DNA from: an uncultured Deinococcaceae bacterium
Lineage (GTDB): Bacteria > Deinococcota > Deinococci > Deinococcales > Deinococcaceae
DNA length: 64,000 bases
Direction: 5' to 3'
Assembly: GCA_964252075.1 (NCBI GenBank)
Contig: CAXULY010000030.1
Coordinates: forward strand, 1-64,000
This document shows positions 53,906-63,639 of this stretch, piece after piece. Under the pieces are notes generated by a model, which saw nothing but the letters and a program-made list of their open reading frames with translations, had not been told where the DNA came from and did no database searches. The position numbers and the translations under genes are program-made. The number at the start of each line of letters is the position of its first letter. The first letter of the stretch is position 1.

Positions 53906-54367
53906 TTAGTGCGTGCTCTGGCTGCTGCCGGTGAGCGTGAAGGTGACGGTCACGCCCTTGCCCGCGAAGGCCGCGGCGTCCTGCGCGTCCGTCATGCGCA
54001 CGGTGTACGTGAGCGTGCCGTTGCTCTGCGCAACGAGGCCCGTAATGCTGCCCATGATTGGCGTGACGGTCACCAGGCCCGCTCCAGTGCCCGCCACATC
54101 AAAGTCGCTGGTGATATCAATGGCACGGTCGGTGCTGTTCGTAACTGGCACCGTGATGGTGTACGTCATTCCGGGGCGCAGGTACCCATCACTGATGCTA
54201 ACGGATGTGCTGGGCACGGTGAAGTTCACGGCCTGCGCGGTGCTGCCGGTCGCGGTGACCGCCAGCGTCGCCGTGTCGTAAGTCAAGGGCGTGGAGGTGG
54301 CCGTGGCGAAGGCGGCGCTTGAGAGGCTCAGGGCGGTGACGAGGGCCAGCTGCTTGAAGTGACGCAT
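53906..54367 (-). CDS. Secreted Thr-rich beta-sandwich protein, TasA/camelysin-like candidate fibre subunit
   Basis: AGGAG RBS; signal peptide MRHFKQLALVTALSLSSAAFA; LRPG...ITVPVTN and AFAGKGVTVTFTLTGS resemble TasA/CalY motifs (family call by eye). Confidence 0.75.
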   Translation of the reverse strand: MRHFKQLALVTALSLSSAAFATATSTPLTYDTATLAVTATGSTAQAVNFTVPSTSVSISDGYLRPGMTYTITVPVTNSTDRAIDITSDFDVAGTGAGLVTVTPIMGSITGLVAQSNGTLTYTVRMTDAQDAAAFAGKGVTVTFTLTGSSQSTH

Positions 54368-54441
54368 GATGAACTCCTGTGCGGCGTGAGGACGCCGCAG
54401 GACTGAGGTCCCGTCCCGCCTGGAGACGGGAGCGGAACAGA

Positions 54442-54520
54442 ACGAAAAGCCGGTCGCACCACTGGCTCCCCCCGCCCGAGGTGCCCGGATTACAGGACGG
54501 GGATCAACGCTTCTCTTCGT
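54442..54520 (-). ncRNA. c-di-GMP-II riboswitch aptamer
   Basis: The - strand reads ACGAAGAGAAGCGTTGATCCCCGTCCTGTAATCCGGGCACCTCGGGCGGGGGGAGCCAGTGGTGCGACCGGCTTTTCGT. It has the class-II hallmarks GA/GAG kink-turn, GGGCAC loop, AGTGGTGCGACC, a GCACC/GGTGC pseudoknot and a closing P1 ACGAAGAG/CTTTTCGT. Confidence 0.85.
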
Positions 54521-54547
54521 CAGGAGTGCCCTGAACGAAGTACGGGA

Positions 54548-54553
54548 AGTATA
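54548..54553 (-). promoter_or_regulatory. -10 box for the riboswitch leader
   Basis: TATACT on the - strand within an AT-rich patch, about 28 nt upstream of the aptamer. Confidence 0.65.
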
Positions 54554-54617
54554 AGCGGGAAAAAATCACTTGATTCTTACAAAGCGCTCACGGTCAGTGG
54601 TGCGGTGGCACACGTCA

Positions 54618-55133
54618 CTACTGCCCCTCACGCCGCTCCAGCGCATTCAGCACCGACGCGGGGTTCGCACCCTCCTGCATGGCGCGCGCCTGCGGGTCCT
54701 CGCGGTCCGGGACGCCCGGCAGGTCATGGCGGAGTTCCTCCACCAGCGCGATCAGTTTCGCGACCTTCTGCTCGGCCAGCAGGTTGATCTGCAACTCCAG
54801 CTCGGCGCGTTCGCGCGCCAACTGCCCCTCGCGCGCCTGCACGATCAGGATGGCGACCGTGGTGAGCAGGCTCAGGGACGCGAGGGTGGTGTTCAGGAAC
54901 GAGAAGGGTGGGGGGTCAGGGCGGTCCTTCCCGGCGTTCAGCAGCATCCAGAGCACGATCAGCCCCGTCAGGACGTACAGCGTGGTGGGCCGCGCCATGA
55001 TGCCCAGCCACCGCTCGATGGGTTGATGCAGGCGCGTGTGCGTGCGTTCGCGCACGTGGGCGCTCAGCTCACTGATGGTCTGAACGTTGGCGTCCAGCAG
55101 GCTCTCCGGCTGGTCCGGGGCGGCGTTGGTCAT
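54618..55133 (-). CDS. DUF1003 family membrane protein
   Basis: WMLLN...DPPPFSFLN, ILIVQAR, ELELQINLLAEQKV. Confidence 0.82.
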   Translation of the reverse strand: MTNAAPDQPESLLDANVQTISELSAHVRERTHTRLHQPIERWLGIMARPTTLYVLTGLIVLWMLLNAGKDRPDPPPFSFLNTTLASLSLLTTVAILIVQAREGQLARERAELELQINLLAEQKVAKLIALVEELRHDLPGVPDREDPQARAMQEGANPASVLNALERREGQ

Positions 55134-55210
55134 GGCCTCATGGGGCCACGCGCGCCACTAGGGCAGCTGAAGAAAGCGCCAACCCAGGTTAAAACTGTAA
55201 CCGGGACCCT

Positions 55211-55846
55211 CTACAGGTACGGGTTACCCTGCCGCTCGCGCGCAATGGTGGTGCGGTCGCCATGCCCGGGGTACACGACCGTCTCGCCCGGCAGGGTGAG
55301 CAGTTCGCGCCGGATGCCATCCATGAGCGCGTGGTGGTCGCCGCCCGGCAGGTCCGTGCGGCCCACCGAGCCCTGAAAGAGCGTGTCGCCCGCCACCACG
55401 AAGCCGTCCCCGATGAGCACCACGTGGCCGGGCGCGTGCCCGAACAGTTCGCGCACCGTGAGCTGCAAGTCGCCCGCCGTGAGGACCTGCCCCTGCGTGA
55501 GGTCGCCGTCCGGGTCGGCGGGTTGCGGCAGCGGAATCTGCCAGCGCGCCGCGCTCGCCGCCGCCTGCCGGTACAACCCCAGGCCCGCCGGGTGCGCCAG
55601 GACTGGCACCCCGAGCGCCTCCCGCAGCGGCTGCACGGCCCCCACGTGATCGAAGTGCGCGTGCGTCAGCACGATGGCGCGCACCGTCACGCCGTGCTCG
55701 CGCAGCCACACGAGCAGGCGCTCCGGTTCGTCCCCCGGGTCGATCAGGAAGCCCTCGCCCGTCTGCCCCCACACCAGCACCGTGTTCTCCTGCACCGGGC
55801 CCGTCACCGTGAAATCCAGCCGCGCCGCGCCGTGTTCGTGAACCAT
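55211..55846 (-). CDS. Metallo-beta-lactamase fold hydrolase (glyoxalase II-like)
   Basis: [34 protein letters not shown]. Confidence 0.92.
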   Translation of the reverse strand: MVHEHGAARLDFTVTGPVQENTVLVWGQTGEGFLIDPGDEPERLLVWLREHGVTVRAIVLTHAHFDHVGAVQPLREALGVPVLAHPAGLGLYRQAAASAARWQIPLPQPADPDGDLTQGQVLTAGDLQLTVRELFGHAPGHVVLIGDGFVVAGDTLFQGSVGRTDLPGGDHHALMDGIRRELLTLPGETVVYPGHGDRTTIARERQGNPYL

Positions 55847-55886
55847 GCCCCGAGTCTAGAGCGGCCCCTTGGCGGACAATGGAGGC

Positions 55887-56120
55887 ATGACCGACCGAGA
55901 AACCAATTTCGCCGCGGCCATCCTGGACGGGCGCAACTTCCGCGAGGTGCCCGACGACGAGATTCTGGAGCGCTCCCGCGCGCTCCTCACGGACTGGATG
56001 AACGGCGAGGCGCGCATGGAGCGCCCCAAGCTGTACGACCATTACGCGCTGCTGTTCATGGCGCTCATCCGCCGCGTGCAGGAACTGGAGGCGCGCGTGG
56101 AGGCGCTGGAGGGCCGCTAG
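55887..56120 (+). CDS. Small hypothetical protein (77 aa, C-terminal coiled coil)
   Basis: GACAAT/GGAGG directly upstream of the ATG; typical codon usage; RRVQELEARVEALE. Confidence 0.75.
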   Translation: MTDRETNFAAAILDGRNFREVPDDEILERSRALLTDWMNGEARMERPKLYDHYALLFMALIRRVQELEARVEALEGR

Positions 56121-56926
56121 GTCAGCAGCCGCTCAATGACCGCGGCGACGCCGTCCTCGTCGTTGGTGAGGGTGACTTCGCGGGCGGCCTCCAGCGCCTC
56201 CGGTTCGGCGTTTCCCATGGCCACGCCGCGTCCCGCCCACGCGAGCAGTTCCGCGTCGTTCGCGGCGTCCCCGAAGGCCAGCACCTCGCCTTGCGCCACG
56301 CCGAGGTGCTGGCACAACCGCGCGACGCCCCAGGCCTTGCTGACGCCCTGCGCGAGCACCTCCAGGAAGGGCGTGCCGCTGTGCGTGGCGTTGAAGCCGC
56401 TCAGGCCCAGCGCCTGCACCTCCGCGAGGAGCGCGCGGGCGCTGAGTTCCGCGTGCCGCACGATGAACTTCAGGCTGGGCTCGGCGGTCACCTCGTCCAG
56501 CGTGAAGGCGCCCATCTCGTGCGGGGGGCGCTTGTGGTCCTCGAAGTGCGCGATCTCCGCGTACCCCTGCTGGGTCACGAAGGTCTCGCCGCCGTCCCGC
56601 ACGCTCACGAACAGCGCGCCCGGCAGGCGCGCGCTGAGCGCCTGCGCGAGCGCGCGCTGCGCCTCCACCGTCACGTGCGACTCGAACAGCGTCTCGCCCG
56701 TGCCGAGGTGAATGGCGTACGCGCCGTTCCCGCACAGCGCCCAGGTCTCGAAGCCCGCCGCCTGCGCGATGAGCTTCAGGCCGCGCGGCTGCCGGGCCGT
56801 GACGGGCACCACCTCGATGCCCGCCGCGCGCGCCGCGTCGAGGGCGGCGCGCGTGCGCACGCTCACGCTGCGGTCGCTGCGCAGCAGCGTGCCGTCGAGG
56901 TCCGTGGCGATCAGGCGCACGCTCAC
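56117..56926 (-). CDS. Cof-type HAD-IIB family hydrolase
   Basis: [40 protein letters not shown] overlap with acpS. Confidence 0.92.
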   Translation of the reverse strand: MSVRLIATDLDGTLLRSDRSVSVRTRAALDAARAAGIEVVPVTARQPRGLKLIAQAAGFETWALCGNGAYAIHLGTGETLFESHVTVEAQRALAQALSARLPGALFVSVRDGGETFVTQQGYAEIAHFEDHKRPPHEMGAFTLDEVTAEPSLKFIVRHAELSARALLAEVQALGLSGFNATHSGTPFLEVLAQGVSKAWGVARLCQHLGVAQGEVLAFGDAANDAELLAWAGRGVAMGNAEPEALEAAREVTLTNDEDGVAAVIERLLT

Positions 56927-57312
56927 GCGCCGGGTCCTTCCAGCACCACGACCGCCGAGGCGTGCTCCTTGGTGTGCGTGAGGCTCACGTGCGCGGTGAG
57001 GCCGCGCGCCTGCATCTCCGCCTCGATGACGGGCGCGTACCCGAGTTGCGGCGGCGCGAAGGGAAAGGGGCCGTCCGGCGTGCGCTCGCGGCGCACCCAC
57101 ACGTCCGTCCAGGCGTGCGGGCGCGGCCACACCTTCTGGAACGCCTCCTTCGCCGCGAAGCGCACCGCGTAACTCGGCGTGGGGTCCGCGAGGCGCTGGC
57201 AGTACGCGATCTCCTCGGGCGTGAACAGCCGCAGGAAGCGTTCGCCCTCGCGGCGCAGCGCCGTTCGGATGCGTTCAATCTCGATCAGGTCGTGCCCGAC
57301 AGCCACAATCAC
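56923..57312 (-). CDS. acpS: Holo-[acyl-carrier-protein] synthase
   Basis: [36 protein letters not shown]. Confidence 0.92.
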   Translation of the reverse strand: MIVAVGHDLIEIERIRTALRREGERFLRLFTPEEIAYCQRLADPTPSYAVRFAAKEAFQKVWPRPHAWTDVWVRRERTPDGPFPFAPPQLGYAPVIEAEMQARGLTAHVSLTHTKEHASAVVVLEGPGA

Positions 57313-57375
57313 GGGCCTCAGTGTGCCACGAAGCGGGCCGGGACGCGCGCGCATCCCGGCCTGCCCGACGACACC

Positions 57376-57987
57376 CTAGCGCTTGAGTTTCGCGGCGACC
57401 TCCACGAGGCGGCGCGTCTGGTGCCCGATGGCGGCGGTGCTCTCGGCGCTCAGGGGGTTGCCGTCGGCGGTGACGCTCACGCCGTAGGGGTTGCCGCCCG
57501 CCGCGAACAGGCTCTGATCGGTGTAGCCGGGTGCCACGATGATGCTGCCCCAGTGCATGAAGGTGGGGTACAGGGTGAGCAGCGTGCCTTCCTGACCGCC
57601 GTGCGGGTTCTGCGCGCTGGTCATGGCGCTCACGGCCTTGTCCGCCAGCTTGCCCTGCCCCCACAGCGGGCCGGTGCTGTCCAGGAAGGCGCGCAGCTGA
57701 CTCGCGACGCTGCCGTAGCGGGTGGGCGCGCTGAAGAGGTAGGCGTCCGCCCAGTCGAGGTCGTCAAGGGTCGCCTCGGGGATGTGCGCGGTGCGTTCCG
57801 CCTGCGCACGCCAGGCGTCCTGGCCGTTCACGACGCCTTCCGGCGCGGTCTCGCGCACCTTCAGGAGGCGCACGTCGGCGCCCACGGCGCGCGCGGCGTC
57901 CGCGGCGACCTCGGCCATCTGGTGGTTGGTGCCGTAGGTGGAGTAGTAGATCACGGCGAGCTTCACGGGTGCGGAGGCGTCACTCAT
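57376..57987 (-). CDS. wrbA: NAD(P)H:quinone oxidoreductase, flavodoxin-like WrbA family
   Basis: [28 protein letters not shown]. Confidence 0.92.
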   Translation of the reverse strand: MSDASAPVKLAVIYYSTYGTNHQMAEVAADAARAVGADVRLLKVRETAPEGVVNGQDAWRAQAERTAHIPEATLDDLDWADAYLFSAPTRYGSVASQLRAFLDSTGPLWGQGKLADKAVSAMTSAQNPHGGQEGTLLTLYPTFMHWGSIIVAPGYTDQSLFAAGGNPYGVSVTADGNPLSAESTAAIGHQTRRLVEVAAKLKR

Positions 57988-58092
57988 GCGCGCATCATGC
58001 CCGCCGGGCCACCCGCGAAACGTAACATGGGCTTCAACACTTAAAGTGGCGTGAAAAATGGTTCGAACATCGAACGGTTCTACGGCGTGCCC

Positions 58093-59100
58093 TCAGACGC
58101 GCAGCACCACACGCGCGCCGTCGTCCTCCAGGTGCACGCTGTCGATGAAGCGCACCACCCTGGTCGCGCGGCCCATCACGATGCTGTGCGTCCTGGCGCC
58201 CCCACCGAAGCGCCGCACGCCCTGCAGCAGGTCACCGTCCGTGATGCCCGTCGCGGCGAACACGATCTCGCGGCCCGGCGCGAGCTCATGTGTCTTGTAG
58301 ATGCGGTCCGCCGAGGCGCCCATGGCCTCCAGGCGCGCGCGCTGCTCCACGCCCTCCGGCAGGAAACGCCCCTGGATCTCGCCGCCCAGACACTGCATGG
58401 CCGCCGCCGTCAGCACGCCCTCCGGCGCGCCGCCGCTCCCCATCAGGGCGTGCACGCCCGTGCCGCGCACCGCCACCGCGAGGCCCGCGATCACATCGCC
58501 GTCCCCGATGAGCTTCACGCGCGCGCCCGCCCCCCGCACCCGGCGGATCAGGTCCGCGTGGCGCTCGCGGTCCAGGATGACCACCATCAGGTCCTCCACC
58601 TCCCGCGCGAGGCTCATCGCGATGGCGCGCAGGTTCGCCTCCACCGGCCAGTCCAGACTCACGCGGCCCGCCGCGGGGGGCGGCACCACCAGCTTGTCCA
58701 TGTAGATGTCCGGCGCGTGCACCAGCCCGCCGCGCTCACTGATCGCGATGACCGCCACGCCGTTCGGCAGGCCGCTCGCGGTGACGGTGGTGCCCTCCAC
58801 GGGGTCCACCGCGATGTCCACGGGGATGGCGTGGTCGCCTGTGCCGAGCGTCTCCCCGATGTACAGCATGGGCGCCTCGTCCATCTCGCCCTCCCCGATC
58901 ACGACGGTGCCGCGGATGTTCAGCTCGCCCAGCACGGCGCGCATCGCCTCGGTGCCCGCACGGTCCACCTCGGTCTTGTCGCCCTTGCCGACCCAGCGGC
59001 TGGCGGCCAGCGCCGCCTGCTCCGTCACGCGCACGGTGTCCAGCACGAGCGCCCGCTCCAGCCCCAGGGCCTGCGCCTCCGTCACCTGTCCATCAGTCAT
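58093..59100 (-). CDS. glpX: Class II fructose-1,6-bisphosphatase
   Basis: [51 protein letters not shown]. Confidence 0.95.
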   Translation of the reverse strand: MTDGQVTEAQALGLERALVLDTVRVTEQAALAASRWVGKGDKTEVDRAGTEAMRAVLGELNIRGTVVIGEGEMDEAPMLYIGETLGTGDHAIPVDIAVDPVEGTTVTASGLPNGVAVIAISERGGLVHAPDIYMDKLVVPPPAAGRVSLDWPVEANLRAIAMSLAREVEDLMVVILDRERHADLIRRVRGAGARVKLIGDGDVIAGLAVAVRGTGVHALMGSGGAPEGVLTAAAMQCLGGEIQGRFLPEGVEQRARLEAMGASADRIYKTHELAPGREIVFAATGITDGDLLQGVRRFGGGARTHSIVMGRATRVVRFIDSVHLEDDGARVVLRV

Positions 59101-59211
59101 GCCGGAAGCCTAACACGCGTTAGGCAGCGTGCCCTCATGCACCTTGGGCGTTCCCTGGGAAGGCAAGACCCCTTACAGCGCGCGCCGCCCGCCCCCCTCC
59201 AGCATCACTGC

Positions 59212-60615
59212 ATGTTGCGCCGCCTGCTGCTGCTGGCCTGCGGGACCGCGGCGCTCACCGCGCCCGCCCACGCCCAGACCCCACCCCGTGACCCCCTCGC
59301 CGCCGTGCCCGCCACCCGCGTCGTGCGCCCCGGCTTCACCGTGCCCAGCACGCCCGCCTACCTGAACGTCAGCATCACCGTGCGCTACGCCCGCACCGAC
59401 CACCCCCGCGCCATCCTGCTGCTGATGTCCGGCCTGCTGGGCGGCGCGGGCAGCTTCGACCGCCTCGCCCGGCAGCTCGTCACGCGCGACCCCACCCTCG
59501 CCGTGTGGGCCGTCGAACAGCGCGCCAACGCCCTGGAACCCCAGGACGAGATCGCGCGCGCGGACCCCGCCACCCTCGCCCGCATCGCGCGGGACGGCCT
59601 TCCCCCGCGCGCCCCGAACGACGTGCGCTTTATGCGCGAATGGGGCCTCAACACCACCCTGCGCGACTGGCGCGCCGCGGTGCTGGAGGCAAAGCGCGTC
59701 ACGCCCAACGTCTTCATCGGCGGGCACTCCCTGGGCGGGGTCCTGACCGGCCTGTACGCCGACTACGACTTCGACGGCACGCCCGGCTACACGGACGTGA
59801 AGGGCCTCGTGATGCTGGACGGCGTGCTCGGCAGCACCGCCGCACGCCCCCTCACCGAAACCGAGTACCAGACCGGCTACACCGAGATGGGCCTCTTCCA
59901 GCCGGGCCTGGGCGCGCTCGCCACCCAGCCGTACATTCAGGCCAGCTTCTACGGGCCGCTCCTCGCGTCGCGCGCCGCCGCGCAGGCGCGCCTCGCCGCG
60001 CGCGACCCGAACGGCGTGAGTCCCAGCGGCCTCGCGCCCGTGCCCGCCACGAATCTCGCCGCCGCCCTCCTGCAACTCGAGCGGCGCTACAGCATCCTGC
60101 CCTTCCTGGCCGTCACCACCGGGCGCGCCACGAACACCACCGAGGGCTTCAACCTGCCCGCCTTTGCCCTCAGCCCCGTCGTGAACCCGGACTCCGCCCG
60201 CGTGACGGGCCTGCAGAACCCCCGCCAGCCGGCCGGCTGGCGGCAGGACCCGCGCGCCCCCACGAACGCGCAGGACCTCGTGAACCGCTTCTGGCTCCCC
60301 ACGGGGGACTTCACGGAGTGGTACTTCCCCACGCGCCTCACGCTGGACATCAGCGCGGCGGGCAACGGCACGCTCGGCACGCCCTTCACGGACCTCCGCG
60401 TGTTCCACGACCCGGAAGTGAACCTTCCCGTGCTGGGCATCGCGGCGGGCAACGGCCTCACCACCCCCAGCCAGTACCAGGCCTATGCCCGGCGCAACCG
60501 CACGCAACTCACCGTCCTGACCCTGCCCGGCTACGCGCACCTCGACGTCGTGACCGCGCAGAGCGACACCGTGGCGGCCAGCATCGACTCCTGGCTGAAA
60601 GGCATCGTGAAATAA
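59212..60615 (+). CDS. Secreted alpha/beta-hydrolase
   Basis: Signal peptide ending AHA; GHSLGG nucleophile elbow; C-terminal YAHLD. Confidence 0.83.
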   Translation: MLRRLLLLACGTAALTAPAHAQTPPRDPLAAVPATRVVRPGFTVPSTPAYLNVSITVRYARTDHPRAILLLMSGLLGGAGSFDRLARQLVTRDPTLAVWAVEQRANALEPQDEIARADPATLARIARDGLPPRAPNDVRFMREWGLNTTLRDWRAAVLEAKRVTPNVFIGGHSLGGVLTGLYADYDFDGTPGYTDVKGLVMLDGVLGSTAARPLTETEYQTGYTEMGLFQPGLGALATQPYIQASFYGPLLASRAAAQARLAARDPNGVSPSGLAPVPATNLAAALLQLERRYSILPFLAVTTGRATNTTEGFNLPAFALSPVVNPDSARVTGLQNPRQPAGWRQDPRAPTNAQDLVNRFWLPTGDFTEWYFPTRLTLDISAAGNGTLGTPFTDLRVFHDPEVNLPVLGIAAGNGLTTPSQYQAYARRNRTQLTVLTLPGYAHLDVVTAQSDTVAASIDSWLKGIVK

Positions 60616-60709
60616 GTGACGGCCCACGTGCATGGCAGCCACGCGGTCATCAGGTCAGGGCGACCGGAACGAACGGCGAGGGAAAGCGCACCCGCCGGGC
60701 GGGCCCCCT

Positions 60710-61198
60710 GTGCCTGAACCGCAGCGGGTGCTGATCACCGGCATGTCCGGCACGGGGAAATCCAGCGCGGTGCGGGCCCTCGCGCGGCGCGGCTTCACGG
60801 GCGTGGACACCGACACGGACGAGTGGAGCGTGTGGGTGACGGACGCGCAGACGGGCGAGCCGGACTGGGTGTGGCGCGAGGACCGCCTGCTGGACCTCCT
60901 CACCCGCCCGCGCGACCGCGCGCTGTTCGTGAGCGGCTGCAAAAGCAACCAGGGCGCGCTGTACCCGCACTTCGAGCACATCGTCCTGCTGAGCGCCCCG
61001 CCGGAGGTGATGCTGGCGCGCGTCGCGGCGCGCACCGACAACCCGTACGGGCAGCGCGCCGAGGAGCGGGCGCTGATCCTGGAGCACCTGCAGGTGGTGG
61101 AGCCACTGTTGCGCCGCCGCGCGACCCTCGAACTGAACACCGCCGAGCAGAGCGTGCAGCAGGTCGCGGACCGACTGGCGGCCCTCGTCTCGCGGTGA
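60710..61198 (+). CDS. P-loop nucleotide kinase-like protein (AAA_18/shikimate kinase-like)
   Basis: LITGMSGTGKS Walker A, VDTD, R.AARTDNPYG lid; start uncertain. Confidence 0.82.
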   Translation: MPEPQRVLITGMSGTGKSSAVRALARRGFTGVDTDTDEWSVWVTDAQTGEPDWVWREDRLLDLLTRPRDRALFVSGCKSNQGALYPHFEHIVLLSAPPEVMLARVAARTDNPYGQRAEERALILEHLQVVEPLLRRRATLELNTAEQSVQQVADRLAALVSR

Positions 61199-61201
61199 GC
61201 G

Positions 61202-62170
61202 TCAGCGCGGCTGCCGCACGCCCTCCGGGCTGAGCAGTTCGTTCTCGCGCACGAAGGCCAGCATGAAGCGGTCCAGCACCTCCGTCTGCGAGCGGTACGC
61301 GCGGATCGCGGCCAGCTTGCGGTCCTCCTGCGCCGCCGTGAGGGCCAGCCGCGCCCACGGCAGGCCCCGCCCACGCTGCGGCAGCAGCAGCGGCAGGTCC
61401 GCGTGCAGGCCCTTCGGCACCGGCCACTCCAGGCCACCGTGCACGATCCAGTACCGCGCGCGGTCCTGCTCGCCCCGCAGGGCCAGCAGGCGCGTCACGA
61501 AGTAACTCGCGGCGCGGTGGTCCGGGTGCTGGTCCTCCGGGCTGGGCACCAGCACCACGTCGGGCCGCACGGTGTCCAGCACGCGCGTCAGGTCGCGCTC
61601 CACGCTCTGCCCGGTGTACGGCGCGCCCGGCTCCACGGTGCCCGCGTACTCCACGCGCGTGCGGCCCGTGTAGCGCGAGGCGTACGGCGTCGCGTAATTC
61701 TCCAGGAACAGGTGCAGCAGCCCACCGTCCGGGTAGCCCAGGAACAGCAGGTGCTGCGGCGGGACGCCCAGCACGCGCGCCGCGGCGCGCGCCTCCCCCA
61801 TCCGCCGCTCGCCGAGGCGCGCCATCGCGGCGCGCCCCGGGCGCGGGGAGCGGTTCAGGAGGATCGCGTCGAACTCGAAGCCGTCCCCGCTGGTGAGCCA
61901 CACCACCCACACCTGCGCGCCCGCCGCGAGCGCCTGCTGGATGCTGCCCGCGCAGCACAGCGTCTCGTCATCGGGGTGGGGGGACACGAACAGCACCCGC
62001 TGACCAGCCCGGTACCCGGGCGCGGCGGGCAGGGCCGCGACCTGCGCCGTCGCGCGCGGGTAGAACAGCGGCGTGGCGCGCCCGAAGTTGATGGCGAGCG
62101 CGGCCAGCAGCAGCACCGCCAGCGCGGCGAGGCCCAGCAGTCGGCGTCGGGTGAGGGGCCACGGCGGCAT
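61202..62170 (-). CDS. PIG-L/LmbE family deacetylase with N-terminal membrane anchor/signal
   Basis: SPHPDDE, LTSGD, R.GEA, LGYPDG, DQHPDH, AYRSQ. Confidence 0.9.
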   Translation of the reverse strand: MPPWPLTRRRLLGLAALAVLLLAALAINFGRATPLFYPRATAQVAALPAAPGYRAGQRVLFVSPHPDDETLCCAGSIQQALAAGAQVWVVWLTSGDGFEFDAILLNRSPRPGRAAMARLGERRMGEARAAARVLGVPPQHLLFLGYPDGGLLHLFLENYATPYASRYTGRTRVEYAGTVEPGAPYTGQSVERDLTRVLDTVRPDVVLVPSPEDQHPDHRAASYFVTRLLALRGEQDRARYWIVHGGLEWPVPKGLHADLPLLLPQRGRGLPWARLALTAAQEDRKLAAIRAYRSQTEVLDRFMLAFVRENELLSPEGVRQPR

Positions 62171-62237
62171 GCCTGGAGTGTACCGGGCGGGGCTGTTCGC
62201 CGCCGCGCGGTCCGCCGCGCTGCCGTATGGTGTTCCG

Positions 62238-63167
62238 GTGCCCCTGCCTGTGATCCTCGACGGTGACCCCGGTCATGACGACGCCATCAACTTCCTGCTG
62301 GCCCTCGCGAGCCCCGAACTGCAGGTGCTGGGCGTCACCACCACCTACGGCAACGTGGGCCTCCCGCGCACCACCCAGAACGCCCTCACGGTGCTGGCGC
62401 TCGCGGGGTCGGACGTGCCCGTGTACGCGGGCGCGGACCGCCCGCTCATCGCGGCGCGCCTGAGCGCCGAGGCGGTGCACGGCGAGAGCGGCCTGGACGG
62501 CCCGCACCTCCCCACGCCCACGCGCGCGCCGGAAGCGCCGCACGCCGCACAGTTCATCGCGCAGGCGGTCCTCGCGCACCCGCACGAGGTGACGCTGCTG
62601 CCCACCGGCCCCCTCACGAACGTCGCGCTGGCACTGCGGCTGGAGCCGCGCATCATTCCGCTCATCCGCCGCATCGTGTGGATGGGCGGCAGCACAGGTG
62701 AGGGCAACTGGACGCCCGGCGCGGAGTTCAACGCGCTGTGCGACCCGCACGCCGCGCGCATCGTGTTCGAGAGCGGCGTGCCCATCACCATGTTCGGCCT
62801 GAACGCCACCCACCAGGCCATCGCGACGCCCGCCCGCATCCAGCCCTTTCGCGCGCTCGGCACGCGCGTCGGGGAATTCACGGCGCAACTGCTGGAGTTC
62901 TTCTCGGCGTACCACCGCGAGCACTACGGCTGGGAGGGCGGCGCGCTGCACGACCCCATGACCGCCGCGTGGCTGCTGCGCCCCGAACTGTTCGGAACGC
63001 GCGCCCTGCACGTCACGGTGGACACCACGGACGGCCCGGACCGCGGGCGCACGGTCTGCGACCTGTGGGGCGTGACGGGCGAACCCGCCAACGCCGACGT
63101 GGCCGAGACCGTGGACGCGGACGGGTTCTTCGCGCTGCTGGTGGAGCGCGCCGCGCGTTACGCCTGA
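62238..63167 (+). CDS. Inosine/uridine-preferring nucleoside hydrolase
   Basis: DGDPGHDDA, VHGESGL, TGPLTNVA, WMGG, AEFN, LHDP; TATGGT -10 box 6 nt upstream. Confidence 0.93.
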   Translation: MPLPVILDGDPGHDDAINFLLALASPELQVLGVTTTYGNVGLPRTTQNALTVLALAGSDVPVYAGADRPLIAARLSAEAVHGESGLDGPHLPTPTRAPEAPHAAQFIAQAVLAHPHEVTLLPTGPLTNVALALRLEPRIIPLIRRIVWMGGSTGEGNWTPGAEFNALCDPHAARIVFESGVPITMFGLNATHQAIATPARIQPFRALGTRVGEFTAQLLEFFSAYHREHYGWEGGALHDPMTAAWLLRPELFGTRALHVTVDTTDGPDRGRTVCDLWGVTGEPANADVAETVDADGFFALLVERAARYA

Positions 63168-63382
63168 GCGTCGCCTTCGGCGATGGCGGCGCGCTCGAAG
63201 CGCTCGGACAGCACGAAGAAGGTGGGCGCCCACAGGCCCACGAAGATCCCGAAGCGCTCCGCGTGCGCCTCCTTCAGCTGGTCCGGGTCGCGCCCGCCCG
63301 CGCTGAACCAGATCGCGATGGACCCCAGGATGGAGGCGGCTCCCAGCCAGAAGCAGGCGGTCGACAGGCTCTTGTTGTTCAT
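63158..63382 (-). CDS. Small two-helix membrane protein (74 aa)
   Basis: GAGG RBS; SILGSIAIW...AERFGIFVGLWAPTFF. Confidence 0.75.
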   Translation of the reverse strand: MNNKSLSTACFWLGAASILGSIAIWFSAGGRDPDQLKEAHAERFGIFVGLWAPTFFVLSERFERAAIAEGDAQA

Positions 63383-63584
63383 ACGCACCTCTTGAGGGGC
63401 GCCGGGCGGGCGAGGCGGCGCATTCCGCCGCGCGCCCGGGCGCGTCCCCCCGTTGTGACAGGCGCGCGCGCCACGCTCTGAACGAGGTCCGACAATCCAC
63501 GCCGAGGCCCCCACACAAATGCCGGTGCGGCTGCAGTTCAAACGAAGCCGGCGGCACACTCCCACACGTGAGGCGCGCAGACGA

Positions 63585-63615
63585 ACGCGGTGGAGGCACT
63601 GTGCCTCTACCGCGT
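63585..63615 (-). terminator. Hairpin after the last CDS
   Basis: ACGCGGTGGAGGCAC / GTGCCTCTACCGCGT near-perfect inverted repeat. Confidence 0.6.
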
Positions 63616-63639
63616 CGGTGTTCCTGAACGTCCGGTGCT

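Noticed and set aside
58005..58085. Possible DdrO/RDRM or LexA boxes upstream of wrbA (AAACGTAA; GTTCGAACATCGAAC)
   Set aside because: Only a half-site of the 17-bp RDRM palindrome is present, and the GAAC/GTTC spacing does not match known SOS boxes.
58051..59211. 854-aa ORF 58051-60615 suggesting a long N-terminal extension of the alpha/beta-hydrolase
   Set aside because: The extension is the antisense of glpX, and a clear signal peptide begins at 59212.
63383..63584. GC-rich hairpins upstream of the small membrane protein as a possible riboswitch
   Set aside because: The pairing is explainable by GC content and matches no aptamer I recognise.
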